In this document: positions 20,663 through 29,359 of the stretch, in pieces
How positions within the stretch are numbered: the stretch's first letter is position 1
Layout: each line of letters opens with the position of its first letter
Source of the DNA: a virus
Virus record (IMG/VR): IMGVR_UViG_3300043468_001414
Coordinates: 32,664-96,663 of that record
Reading direction: 5' to 3' (one strand)
DNA length: 64,000 bases
Notes under the pieces: model-generated
Databases searched by the model: none
What the model was told of the DNA's origin: nothing
Seen by the model: the letters and a program-made list of their open reading frames with translations, nothing else
Position numbers and translations under genes: made by a program

Positions 20663-20663
20663 C

Positions 20664-22406
20664 ATGCCTACTGTTGTAAAAGCCTATTTAGGAACAACTC
20701 CGCTTTTTACGGGAGACTCTGTATGGGTTCGTCCCTCCGATTGGCTCGCCCTGCCCTCTGCACAAGCTAATTCTGTAAAAATACTACATGCTGTTTTTGA
20801 CCAAACTGAAAACTATGTAGTGATTAAAATGGTGACTTCCGACAGTTCTGCCTACATCATAAATTGGGGGGACGGGAATACCACAACAGCGTTAAGCAAT
20901 ACAAATATCACATACAATTACAGCTACAGTTCTTCTGGATTGGATGGCACTCTCTCTGCTCGCGGATACAAGCAAGCCATAATTACCATAACACCGGTAG
21001 GGTCGGCAACATTTACACTTTGCGATTTATCTCAAAAGATTACCTCCCCGTCAGGTATGCAAATGTATGCTACAGGCTTGCTTGATGTTAATGTAAATCT
21101 TCCGAATCTTATAGCTGGGCAAAGGTTGCTTATCGGTTCGTCAACAGTTCGCCATTCTTACCTTGAAAGGGTTTATATCGCTTCGTGGGGGCTTATCAAC
21201 AATATCACCGCTTTGTTCCAGCATTGTCCCGCGCTTCAATCTCTGAATGAGACAGAGTGGAACATGTCGAACATAACCACCGTTTCAAGCCTGTTTTTTG
21301 AGTGCAGCGGTATAAAGGTGATCGACGGGTCTAATTGGGACACGGCAAAAATCACCACTTTTACGGACATGTTTCGTGCTTGTCAAACTATCCAAAAGGT
21401 GAGTTGTGCAAACTGGGTCACATCGACAACCACAGGCATCGGAAATATGTTTTTCGGTTGCACGGCCCTTACGGATATAGATGTCGGGAACTGGAATACT
21501 GCTAACTGCACAACTTTTGCTTATCTTTTTTCGGCATGCCGCTCCTTGACCAGTATAAATGTTCGTAATTGGAACACCGCAAAAGTCACCACGATCAACA
21601 ACATGTTTGAGAACTGCAATGCCGTGCAAGAAGTGGATATTTCTCTTTGGAGCCTGCCGTTATGCACTAATGTGCAGGCGGCTTTTATAAACTGCCATAC
21701 TTTGAGAAAGTTGGGGCCGTGCAACTTTAATGCCGTAACAAATCTTACAGCAACATTCAACAACTGTCGCTCTCTCACTTCATGCACTATATCGTGGCTG
21801 AGGGCTACCACAGACTTTACGAGTTGCCGATTGCCTAAAGCTGCGCTGGATACTGTTTTTTCAAATCTAACTGGCGGTGCAGCATCGAGAACTATAACCA
21901 TTACTGGAAACTACGGCGCGGTTGCTGCGGTCAGCAAAACTACTTGCGGAACCACAGCAGGATCAAAAACTGTAACGCAGTCAAACACTTCGAGCTTGCA
22001 AGTTGGGATGCAAGTTTTGGGGACGGGGGTGACCACTGCTGTAGCGGTTACTTTTCAAGACGCGGGGGACACCGTTACACGGACAGCCCACGGACTAGAC
22101 AATGGAACCATTGTTTCATTTTCAACTATAACTAGCACGACAGGGATAGCAATATACGCCCAGTATTATGTAATCAACGCCACTGCCGACACATTTCAGT
22201 TGTCCGCAACTTCTGGCGGGGCAGCTATCGCCCTAACTACGAATGGTAGCGGGAATATGCTTTACCCTGCCTACATTACCGCAATTACCACGAACTCATC
22301 TTTCCAGATGAGTGCTCCAGCGTCGGCTACTGGAAGTGTGACGCTCACGGCTAGAATTTTGAGCACTTTCCCTGCGACATCAAAAGGATGGACTGTAACA
22401 GGATAA
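20664..22406 (+). CDS. BspA/DUF285-like leucine-rich-repeat tail protein
   Basis: Tandem WNT..VT....MF..C..L..I.V.. repeats. Confidence 0.75.
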   Translation: MPTVVKAYLGTTPLFTGDSVWVRPSDWLALPSAQANSVKILHAVFDQTENYVVIKMVTSDSSAYIINWGDGNTTTALSNTNITYNYSYSSSGLDGTLSARGYKQAIITITPVGSATFTLCDLSQKITSPSGMQMYATGLLDVNVNLPNLIAGQRLLIGSSTVRHSYLERVYIASWGLINNITALFQHCPALQSLNETEWNMSNITTVSSLFFECSGIKVIDGSNWDTAKITTFTDMFRACQTIQKVSCANWVTSTTTGIGNMFFGCTALTDIDVGNWNTANCTTFAYLFSACRSLTSINVRNWNTAKVTTINNMFENCNAVQEVDISLWSLPLCTNVQAAFINCHTLRKLGPCNFNAVTNLTATFNNCRSLTSCTISWLRATTDFTSCRLPKAALDTVFSNLTGGAASRTITITGNYGAVAAVSKTTCGTTAGSKTVTQSNTSSLQVGMQVLGTGVTTAVAVTFQDAGDTVTRTAHGLDNGTIVSFSTITSTTGIAIYAQYYVINATADTFQLSATSGGAAIALTTNGSGNMLYPAYITAITTNSSFQMSAPASATGSVTLTARILSTFPATSKGWTVTG

Positions 22407-22410
22407 TTTT

Positions 22411-22611
22411 ATGGATGATACATCAGGATTTTACAAATTGGATGAGGGGCAACTTTTATACGCGCCTAACTTCGTAATCAGCGCGCTTTATGAGTTAAGC
22501 AAAGAAACAAAAAACGAATACAGCTACCCCGTAGATGGGTGGAGTTGGTTTGACGGCGAGGAAGAAGCGAGAGTCGCTCTACAGTTGCGGGCTCCATTTA
22601 GTGTGGGTTGA
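22411..22611 (+). CDS. Small tail-fibre-associated protein
   Basis: GFYK...LLYAPNFV....Y.YPVDGW.WF..E.EA family pattern. Confidence 0.6.
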   Translation: MDDTSGFYKLDEGQLLYAPNFVISALYELSKETKNEYSYPVDGWSWFDGEEEARVALQLRAPFSVG

Positions 22612-22639
22612 CCCGGATTATATTAAGAAATGAAATACT

Positions 22640-22957
22640 ATGACACCACAGGGGGCTATTGATACGGTAACAACGATCGCGCAGCAGAGTGATCGTTGGA
22701 TTTTTGTTGCGCTGCTGGCGATTGGGATTTTTGCATGCTGGGTATTATTTCGGCATTTTACCGCCCGCGAATGTGCGTTGGAGTCCAAGATTGATCGAAT
22801 TGGCAAGCGCGGCGAGGAGCAGACTCAACAATTTATTTCCTACCTGCAATCGGCCAATAAAGAGCTGGCTGCCATTCTCACGGAGACCAACTCGACTCTC
22901 AATAAAAACGCCGCGCTCATGGAGCGTGTCGAACGAAAACTCGAAAAATTCACATGA
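22640..22957 (+). CDS. Holin-like membrane protein
   Basis: One TM segment plus coiled coil; first gene of the lysis region. Confidence 0.5.
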   Translation: MTPQGAIDTVTTIAQQSDRWIFVALLAIGIFACWVLFRHFTARECALESKIDRIGKRGEEQTQQFISYLQSANKELAAILTETNSTLNKNAALMERVERKLEKFT

Positions 22958-23244
22958 AAGCCACCCTCCTGCGAATCCTGGCCCGTCTCTTGGGTCTCAG
23001 TAAAGAATATGTCGCTTTCCTTTTGCCGATCCTGCAAGACAGCGCGGCGAGCTTGATCTCTCAGCTCGCTCCGATCGCGCTTGAGGTCGTCAAGTCACTC
23101 GCGGACTCTCCGCACAGCGGAGCGATGAAGCGCGAAGCGGCGATCCGCCAAGTGCAGTCTCTCGCCGTAGCGGAAGGGATCCGCGCCAGCTCGAATGCCG
23201 TGAATGCCGCGATCGAAATCGCGGTCTTGAATTTGAAAAAATGA
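22954..23244 (+). CDS. Holin-associated protein
   Basis: GAMKREAA....NAAIEIAV motif; ATGA-coupled. Confidence 0.5.
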   Translation: MKATLLRILARLLGLSKEYVAFLLPILQDSAASLISQLAPIALEVVKSLADSPHSGAMKREAAIRQVQSLAVAEGIRASSNAVNAAIEIAVLNLKK

Positions 23245-23504
23245 GTGATGCCGAGGCCAAGGCTTGGTGGCAAAGTCGCACGATCATCGGGATCGTGGTG
23301 ATGCTGCTGGCTCAAGCCTTGAAGCTTCTCAAGGTGGATATCGTAAATGACGAGCTGACGCAGATCGTCACGCTCGCCATGGATGCGCTGGGAGCCTCGC
23401 TCGCCATCTATGGGCGCATCAATGCGCGCAAGCAAATCAAGCGCACCAGGCCAGGTGGGGCATTCAACCCGAACGCAGAGGTTCGCAAGGCGAAACGGCC
23501 ATGA
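23241..23504 (+). CDS. Putative holin (two TM segments)
   Basis: K.WWQSRTI..G.....AIYGR..A. Confidence 0.6.
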   Translation: MSDAEAKAWWQSRTIIGIVVMLLAQALKLLKVDIVNDELTQIVTLAMDALGASLAIYGRINARKQIKRTRPGGAFNPNAEVRKAKRP

Positions 23505-23719
23505 CTTCTCGGCACGCAGTTTTCAGTGTGGTTGCGGCGGGATATATCGCAGGGGGCTTTTTTATCGAATCTGAACCTTCGCCGTGGGGGGCTCCTCGCC
23601 CGGAGGCGGAGTGGATCAAATTTTCAACTGAAGATCCGAGGCCTTTTTGGGCGCGCTTGCTGCTCTCTCTGCGCTGGGATTTTCAAAAAAATCAACTGAC
23701 GGGAGCGGCGGAATTCTGA
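23501..23719 (+). CDS. Small lysis-region protein
   Basis: ATGA-coupled; ends in GAAEF. Confidence 0.4.
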   Translation: MTSRHAVFSVVAAGYIAGGFFIESEPSPWGAPRPEAEWIKFSTEDPRPFWARLLLSLRWDFQKNQLTGAAEF

Positions 23720-23798
23720 TGTTGAATCCGCGCCATACGCTCGCTGTCTTTATTTTGTTGGCGGGGATTTTTCTTTGGCTGGCATTTTTCTTTAGCCG

Positions 23799-24377
23799 AT
23801 GAATCGCACAAGCACATCTCAAGACCGGCTCGCCATGATGTCCTTTATCGCCAACGCGGAGGCGAGGCGCGACAAGCTAGGTAGAATGCGGGTCTACAAG
23901 CTTCCTGCCGCAGACGGTGGCGGATCGTATGAAGTGGCGGGGATCAATGATCGCTACCATCCCGCCCAGGCGGCGGCGCTTAAAAAATTGATCGAGGACG
24001 GGCGATTTTCCGAGGCCGAGGATTTGGTTCGAAAATATCTGCTCGAATACACAGATGTCGTCAAACGCTGGACAGAGGAGCCTGCGCTCGAGGCGTTCCT
24101 GCGCGACTGCGCTTTCAATCGGGGGCCGAAGGGCGCGCTTCGCATCCTTCAAATCGCACTCCAAGTCCCGGATGATGGCAAGTGGGGGGCGAAGACCAAG
24201 GCGGCGCTTGCCTCCACGCTTAAGTCTCCAGGTGTGCTCCTGCAAAAGCTCCGAGCTGCTCGGGAGACCTACGAGATTCGGATCGCTCCGCCAGTCGGGG
24301 CTCGCGCCAAATTTTGGAATGGTCTCGCGAATCGCTGGGATAAGGCGCTCTCGTTCTCCGAGACGCTGCTGACGTGA
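23799..24377 (+). CDS. Endolysin, GH108-like with PG-binding region
   Basis: E...DGGGSYEVAGIN, D.AFN.G..GA...LQ.AL....DG..G.KT, F.NG..NRW. Confidence 0.8.
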   Translation: MNRTSTSQDRLAMMSFIANAEARRDKLGRMRVYKLPAADGGGSYEVAGINDRYHPAQAAALKKLIEDGRFSEAEDLVRKYLLEYTDVVKRWTEEPALEAFLRDCAFNRGPKGALRILQIALQVPDDGKWGAKTKAALASTLKSPGVLLQKLRAARETYEIRIAPPVGARAKFWNGLANRWDKALSFSETLLT

Positions 24378-24668
24378 CTACGCGGTTGCTTTCTCTTTAA
24401 AAGAAGATGGCTTGAGGGCTCGCTTCATTTCTTCGCGGACGAGCACTTTTACGACCTCGAGCGTCAGGGCATTTTTGCGGAGTTCGTCGTTCACGATGCC
24501 GCGAACGATCTCGGCCGTCATGGGGTCATTGGAGGCTTGGCGTAAGAGTTCCTCTACGAGCTGAGAGATGCTCAGTCCGCGATTCTCTGCGATTTCGGCT
24601 GCTTTGCGCTTGAGCTTAGGGGTGAGTCGGAGCGTGATTTTCGGTTCCGAGAAGTTTATCTTTCTCAT
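24378..24668 (-). CDS. Ribbon-helix-helix regulator
   Basis: KITLRLTPKLKRKAAEIAENRGLSISQLVEELLR. Confidence 0.75.
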   Translation of the reverse strand: MRKINFSEPKITLRLTPKLKRKAAEIAENRGLSISQLVEELLRQASNDPMTAEIVRGIVNDELRKNALTLEVVKVLVREEMKRALKPSSFKEKATA

Positions 24669-24757
24669 ATTTTAAAAACGCGCAGGTTTGTTGTTTTTGC
24701 AATAAAAAAAATATCTTGACGATTTGAGGCGCTCTCCGGAGCCAGATAAAACCTGGC

Positions 24758-24961
24758 TCAGCGCCGATTTTTTAATTCATCTTGCACGATGCCGCGGACG
24801 ATTTCTGCCGTAATCAAATGGCTCTCGGCATTCCGGATTAAGTCTTCGACGAGTTGGCTGACACTGAGGCCGCGGGCTTCCGCAATTTCGGCAGCGCGGC
24901 GCTTTAGAACGGGGGTGATTCTTAAAGTGATTTTTGGGTCTTCGAAATTGATCTTTCGCAT
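24758..24961 (-). CDS. Ribbon-helix-helix regulator (paralog)
   Basis: MRKINFEDPKITLRITPVLKRRAAEIAEARGLSVSQLVEDLIR. Confidence 0.75.
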   Translation of the reverse strand: MRKINFEDPKITLRITPVLKRRAAEIAEARGLSVSQLVEDLIRNAESHLITAEIVRGIVQDELKNRR

Positions 24962-25081
24962 GAGTAAAAATAAACCAAAAAACAATCTGCGGATCAGTTG
25001 AGCCACTCGGAATCGCTCATGAATTCAGGCGGAGCGGGTTTCTGGCGGTCTGCAATTATTTTTTTCATGTTTTAATTTTAG

Positions 25082-25200
25082 ACGGCAAAAAGCCGCTCTG
25101 CAAGTGCCGTGTTTTATACGGCAAAAAGACGACTTTCGTAAAAAAAGATTGCCGCCGAAAAGGTCCGCGATAAAAATCCAAATCGTCATCTATACGGCAA
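25082..25200. promoter_or_regulatory. Divergent switch region with ACGGCA repeats (putative operators)
   Basis: ACGGCAA at 25082, 25118 and 25194; palindrome TGCCGT-N7-ACGGCA at 25105-25123. Confidence 0.5.
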
Positions 25201-25201
25201 T

Positions 25202-25429
25202 ATGACCACTAAAAAGAATAAGGACATCACCCCGGCAAAGCGCAAGTCAGTCAAAGCGCGCGCTGCGCAGGCTAAGAAGACAGGGCGCCCCGTGCGGACG
25301 GACAATCCCCAAAAAATCACACTCCACCTCGCGCTGGAAATAAAGAGGAAGGCCTACGATATCGCCACAGAGCGCAGGTGTAGTATTAGTCGTCTGGTGG
25401 AGGATCTGCTGCAAGGCTGCAAGGCTTAA
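25202..25429 (+). CDS. Ribbon-helix-helix regulator, divergent
   Basis: KITLHLALEIKRKAYDIATERRCSISRLVEDLL. Confidence 0.7.
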   Translation: MTTKKNKDITPAKRKSVKARAAQAKKTGRPVRTDNPQKITLHLALEIKRKAYDIATERRCSISRLVEDLLQGCKA

Positions 25430-25430
25430 T

Positions 25431-25754
25431 ATGAGTGCTGCAAAGACTGCAACAGAGAAATGGGAGGGGAACCTTCCTCTCAACCTTAAGGAGCTTGCCG
25501 CTTCGCAGTGCGTTTCTTACAAGACGGCTGTTCGGTGGGCTTCGGACGCTTCTTTCCCGCGTGTCGGGAGGCTCGTGAGGCCGAGGGACTTTTTGCGCTG
25601 GTGGAAGGATAGAGCGTCACATCCTTCCATGGCATCACATCCTCAACAGAAAGCCGGTTGTAAACCTCGTGAACAATCTCAGAGGAGTGATTCACTAACC
25701 TCATTGCCGCCGAAAGCGGCACGCCTGCGCGATGCAATCGCGTCACATAACTGA
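25431..25754 (+). CDS. Excisionase-like winged-HTH protein
   Basis: LNLKELAA...VSYKT..RW.....FP; adjacent to integrase. Confidence 0.55.
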   Translation: MSAAKTATEKWEGNLPLNLKELAASQCVSYKTAVRWASDASFPRVGRLVRPRDFLRWWKDRASHPSMASHPQQKAGCKPREQSQRSDSLTSLPPKAARLRDAIASHN

Positions 25755-26619
25755 CGCGCAAATGATGAAAAGTGACCCCATGAACATGGCATCTTTTAAA
25801 AAAGCGGGAAAAGGAGCGGCTCGCGTGAGCTGGCAGCTCATGGCTGATTTTTCGCCCCGCCAGCGGCTTGAGGACAGGCACAAGCTCTCGCGGAAGAGGT
25901 CGAGTGAAGGCTCGCTTTCTTCCACCCTTGGGCTCGGGGAAGGTGATCGTGCCTCGCTCAAAGTCCACCAGCTTCATAACAAGCACGGACTCTCTCAAGC
26001 GGCATCCTGTGTGTTGAGCGATCAAAAACGAGAGGCGCATCCACTCAGGCTCGAGCGGCAAGGCTTCAAGGCATCTCGCGATTTCCTCGTCCAATATCTC
26101 GCGCTTTTCTGCGGGGGGGGTTTTAGCGATGCCGAGGTTTCTAATCGGGTTGGCTTTTGCCATGCCTCGCTGAACAGCGGCTCCCATGACTTGCCCCAGA
26201 AGCTTGGCGTCTTGAAGGGCGGTGTTGCGCCCGCAAACGCGGTGCTTGGACTTTCGGCCCTCGCGCCATTGAACGAATTCGCTGCCATGGCGGAATTCAA
26301 CCATCGAGGGATTGACCAGGCCCTTGAGAGTCAGCCAATGCTCAATGTGCTTCCAGCGATTACGGTTTCGGATTGTGCTTCGACTGTTCGCCCAGCGGGT
26401 GTCAATCCATCCATCCACCCAGCCCCACCCTCCCTCAAAGGCTGTCTCCGATTTTCCGGTTTCCGCAAGGCACGCTTCCGCGCACAGAACTTTCGCCTGC
26501 GCCGTCTCGATTTCGCTCTCGCAACGCAAGCCGGTCGAATTGGCAATCCAAGTTCCGTCCGGCCCTTTCCTTTTCAAGAACCAGAACGGGCTATTAGGTC
26601 GTGTGTAAAGAGAGGCCAT
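25486..26619 (-). CDS. int: Tyrosine recombinase (phage integrase)
   Basis: HTGCRLRE (R), PKG (K), FHHLR (HxxR), VNH and Y catalytic residues. Confidence 0.9.
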   Translation of the reverse strand: MASLYTRPNSPFWFLKRKGPDGTWIANSTGLRCESEIETAQAKVLCAEACLAETGKSETAFEGGWGWVDGWIDTRWANSRSTIRNRNRWKHIEHWLTLKGLVNPSMVEFRHGSEFVQWREGRKSKHRVCGRNTALQDAKLLGQVMGAAVQRGMAKANPIRNLGIAKTPPAEKREILDEEIARCLEALPLEPEWMRLSFLIAQHTGCRLRESVLVMKLVDFERGTITFPEPKGGRKRAFTRPLPRELVPVLKPLAGRKISHELPAHASRSFSRFFKRCHVHGVTFHHLRVSYVTRLHRAGVPLSAAMRLVNHSSEIVHEVYNRLSVEDVMPWKDVTLYPSTSAKSPSASRASRHAGKKRPKPTEQPSCKKRTAKRQAP

Positions 26620-26628
26620 ATCAGCCAG

Positions 26629-26804
26629 TGTAACACTGTAACAAATCGATGCAATTAACAATGTCCCTCAATAGGCAAAATCGAGCAATAATGACCCTCT
26701 GCGAGCATGTATTGCTCATTATAAAGAACCGCGGGTTCAAATCCCGCCCCTTCCGCTCCTTTAAAAGCAACGACTTACGAAGGAAGTGTAACACGAGTGT
26801 AACA
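26629..26804 (+). mobile_element. attP: tRNA-Ser-like 3' core with arm-type repeats
   Basis: T-arm GCGGG-TTCAAAT-CCCGC plus CCCTTCC-G at 26731-26755; TGTAACA pairs at 26629/26637 and 26787/26798; IHF-like AAGCAACGACTTA at 26765. Confidence 0.75.
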
Positions 26805-26821
26805 ATTGGGAGGGTTTCCCA

Positions 26822-27544
26822 ATGAGCGATCAGTCGGAATACTTCGCTCATGTCAGGCGGCAGGAGCTAGAATACTTGCTGGCTTATGAGGAGTGGGAGC
26901 GGTCGCTCTCGTCTTCGGATCGGGCTCTCGTAGGGAAAATGGCGGCTCCGGATTTGGAAGATTTCCATGCTCGTTCGAGCAAGCGGGAATCGCTGGGGGT
27001 CGTAGGGGACGCGGCTGAGAGGTCGCTGGCGAGCTACACGCCGGACTTGGCTTCGGACATTGATGACGAGACTTCGATTCTGGCGGAGCGGGCTGGGCTC
27101 AAGGCCTGGCAGGCGCGCGAGATTTATCGCTACATCGAGGAGCGTGTGGAGCGGCGCGTCACAGAAGCGAAGTGCAATGTGATCGTGCGGGTCTGTGGGG
27201 TTTTCCTCAAGGCGGGGTCGAATGTGAAGCTGCTTGTCGCGGGGCTCGCGTATGCGGCGGATCTGGCTGTGACGAACCAACTCGGGACGATGCAAGATTG
27301 GGCGGTTCGAAATGGGTTGAGCCGCGCGGCGGTCTCGAAGGTTGCAAAATTTTGGCAGCGGGAGTTGGGGCTGCCAGCGAGTTCCCACATGCGTGGGGAA
27401 GAGAAGTGTCAAGCCTACAGCGAGGCTCAGACACAAAAACACTGGAGAAAACAAAAGGTGGGTGGGCTGTCTCGAATCTGGGACGGGCTGCTCTCCAAAA
27501 AACGAAAACAAAATCGTCGCGCTGAAGGCGAGGAACAAAAATAA
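26822..27544 (+). CDS. Hypothetical protein, possible C-terminal HTH
   Basis: MQDWAVRNGLSRAAVSK. Confidence 0.55.
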   Translation: MSDQSEYFAHVRRQELEYLLAYEEWERSLSSSDRALVGKMAAPDLEDFHARSSKRESLGVVGDAAERSLASYTPDLASDIDDETSILAERAGLKAWQAREIYRYIEERVERRVTEAKCNVIVRVCGVFLKAGSNVKLLVAGLAYAADLAVTNQLGTMQDWAVRNGLSRAAVSKVAKFWQRELGLPASSHMRGEEKCQAYSEAQTQKHWRKQKVGGLSRIWDGLLSKKRKQNRRAEGEEQK

Positions 27545-27545
27545 A

Positions 27546-27749
27546 ATGAATACAGGAACTGGTGGATGGAAGGCTTTCGCCGTGGTGGCGGGGGTATTGG
27601 CAGCGCTCAAGATTTTGGGCGTGATTTCGTGGAGTTGGCTGTGGGTCTTGTGCCCGCTGTGGATTCCGGTCGCATTGCTTGTGGCTTTGATGCTGGGTGC
27701 ATTGGTCTATGTGCTCGCCTTGGGAGTTGGGAAGGGGGCAAAGGAATGA
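27546..27749 (+). CDS. Small membrane protein
   Basis: LK..GVISWSWLWVL.PLWI motif. Confidence 0.65.
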   Translation: MNTGTGGWKAFAVVAGVLAALKILGVISWSWLWVLCPLWIPVALLVALMLGALVYVLALGVGKGAKE

Positions 27750-28435
27750 GCGCGAAGGATGCATTGGAATTGTGGGAATTCACGCTGAGCGTGGATTCGC
27801 AGGGGGACGGAGACGGCTTGGATCGCGCGAGGGCGCGGTGGACGCCGACTGGCTTGGACATTCCAGAGACGACGACTCTGGAGAATGTCAAGGAGATTTT
27901 GCGGGCCTTTAAGGCCTTTGAAACAACGGGCACTTTGGCTCTCGCGGACTTGCTGACTTTTGTGAGTTCTCGGGGATGGGAGAGCGAAGTTGAACAATAC
28001 TTGGCTCAGCTCGAATTCGATTTGCACTCGGTTCGCAAGGCTCAAGTGGTCGGAGATATTCCTCGGGCTTTGCGGCATCCGAAACTGACGGCAGAGCATT
28101 ATTGGGTGGTCTCGAAGCTGGATCGCGAGGGGCAGACGAAGTGGCTTGGCTTGGCGGTGAAGCATGGGTTGTCGGGCTTCGAGTTAAAGCGTTCGATCGA
28201 GGCTGGGAAGCCGCTGCACAAGGAACAGATCGAAATGCTCTCGGGTGCTGGTTCGGGAATTCTGACCTACCAAGGCATCTTGACGGACTGGCAGCGTTGG
28301 GAGGCGAAGATTGGCGGGGATGATGGAATCCTCGCGTGGCCTGCTCACTTGCAGGATCGCTGGCTGGAAGACACGCGCCCGATCGCGGAGCTGCGGGAGC
28401 GGGTGGTGGCGCGGCGTGAAGGAGGTGCGAAATGA
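27746..28435 (+). CDS. Hypothetical protein
   Basis: ATGA-coupled ORF in the replication operon. Confidence 0.6.
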   Translation: MSAKDALELWEFTLSVDSQGDGDGLDRARARWTPTGLDIPETTTLENVKEILRAFKAFETTGTLALADLLTFVSSRGWESEVEQYLAQLEFDLHSVRKAQVVGDIPRALRHPKLTAEHYWVVSKLDREGQTKWLGLAVKHGLSGFELKRSIEAGKPLHKEQIEMLSGAGSGILTYQGILTDWQRWEAKIGGDDGILAWPAHLQDRWLEDTRPIAELRERVVARREGGAK

Positions 28436-28896
28436 TTTCCAGTTTCGCGAACGATAGCGGCTACCCGTGGCCAGGATGCTCGATTGGCTCAGAGGATTTT
28501 GATAAGCTGGATGCGGCTCTCGATTTTGAGAGCACGGGTCGCCGGGCGACGGCGCAAAAGGCTCTGCACTTGATGGTGCGGGGGTCGCATGTCTCGGGCT
28601 TTATATTGCGGCCCGATGACGGGCTCTCGGATGTGGCGATCGTGTGCAATGGCGCTGTGCGCTGGCTGTCTCCTGCGGAGTTTCAGTGGTTGATGCATGA
28701 GAGTCGCTCGCCGATCACCATAGATGCGGAGACTGAAAAGCTGCGTGCCGAAAATGCGAAGCTGCGCGAGGCGGCTCAAGAAGTGGTCTGGAGTTGGGCT
28801 GAGGCCACGGGGCACGAGGATTTGCCGCAATGTCTGATGGTGAGTCGTTCGGCGCTGGAGAGTTCGATGGGGGGATTGGAGGAGGCATTGACATGA
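28432..28896 (+). CDS. Hypothetical protein
   Basis: GGAGG SD, ATGA-coupled. Confidence 0.6.
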   Translation: MISSFANDSGYPWPGCSIGSEDFDKLDAALDFESTGRRATAQKALHLMVRGSHVSGFILRPDDGLSDVAIVCNGAVRWLSPAEFQWLMHESRSPITIDAETEKLRAENAKLREAAQEVVWSWAEATGHEDLPQCLMVSRSALESSMGGLEEALT

Positions 28897-29038
28897 GCGC
28901 GACGGAGAAGACCTACCAGACCTGCCTGCCCCCCGAGGCCTACATGCGCATCGCCAAGGCATGCGCTTCTTCGAAGGGGCCGAGATTGAGATCTTCGGTT
29001 TATCCGAAGACGGCTCAAAAAGCCCAGAAGCCCTCAAA

Positions 29039-29347
29039 ATGAAAAGATCAGACTTAATTAAAAATCTCCGCGCCTACAATAAATGGAGGCGCGGAGATGA
29101 GGCGGCGGTGATGCCAGAGCCTGCGGATATCGGGCGATGGATTGACCAGGCGTGTGATGAGTTGGGCTTTCTCGATGCGGTTCTGGCTGGCGGGGTGGAG
29201 GGCTGGAAAAAGAAGTGGGAATGCGCGGTCACAATGGCTGCCAAGGCAGAAAATCACTGTGAGCGAGTGAAGCGGGAGCGCGACGACTTGCGGGATAGAC
29301 TTAATGACATCCTAAACCAACCGGCGCTGAAATCGTGTAAAAAATAG
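29039..29347 (+). CDS. Hypothetical phage protein
   Basis: YNKWRRG....MP.P..IG..ID family pattern. Confidence 0.6.
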   Translation: MKRSDLIKNLRAYNKWRRGDEAAVMPEPADIGRWIDQACDELGFLDAVLAGGVEGWKKKWECAVTMAAKAENHCERVKRERDDLRDRLNDILNQPALKSCKK

Positions 29348-29359
29348 GGGGGTAAAATC

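Noticed and set aside
35-22611. Diversity-generating retroelement acting on tail genes
   Set aside because: No reverse transcriptase and no adenine-variable TR/VR pair seen
25732-26658. 308-aa + strand ORF
   Set aside because: Antisense shadow of the integrase with no motifs
26700-26760. Complete tRNA gene
   Set aside because: Only the 3' part is present, with no 5' acceptor strand or D-arm; treated as the attP core
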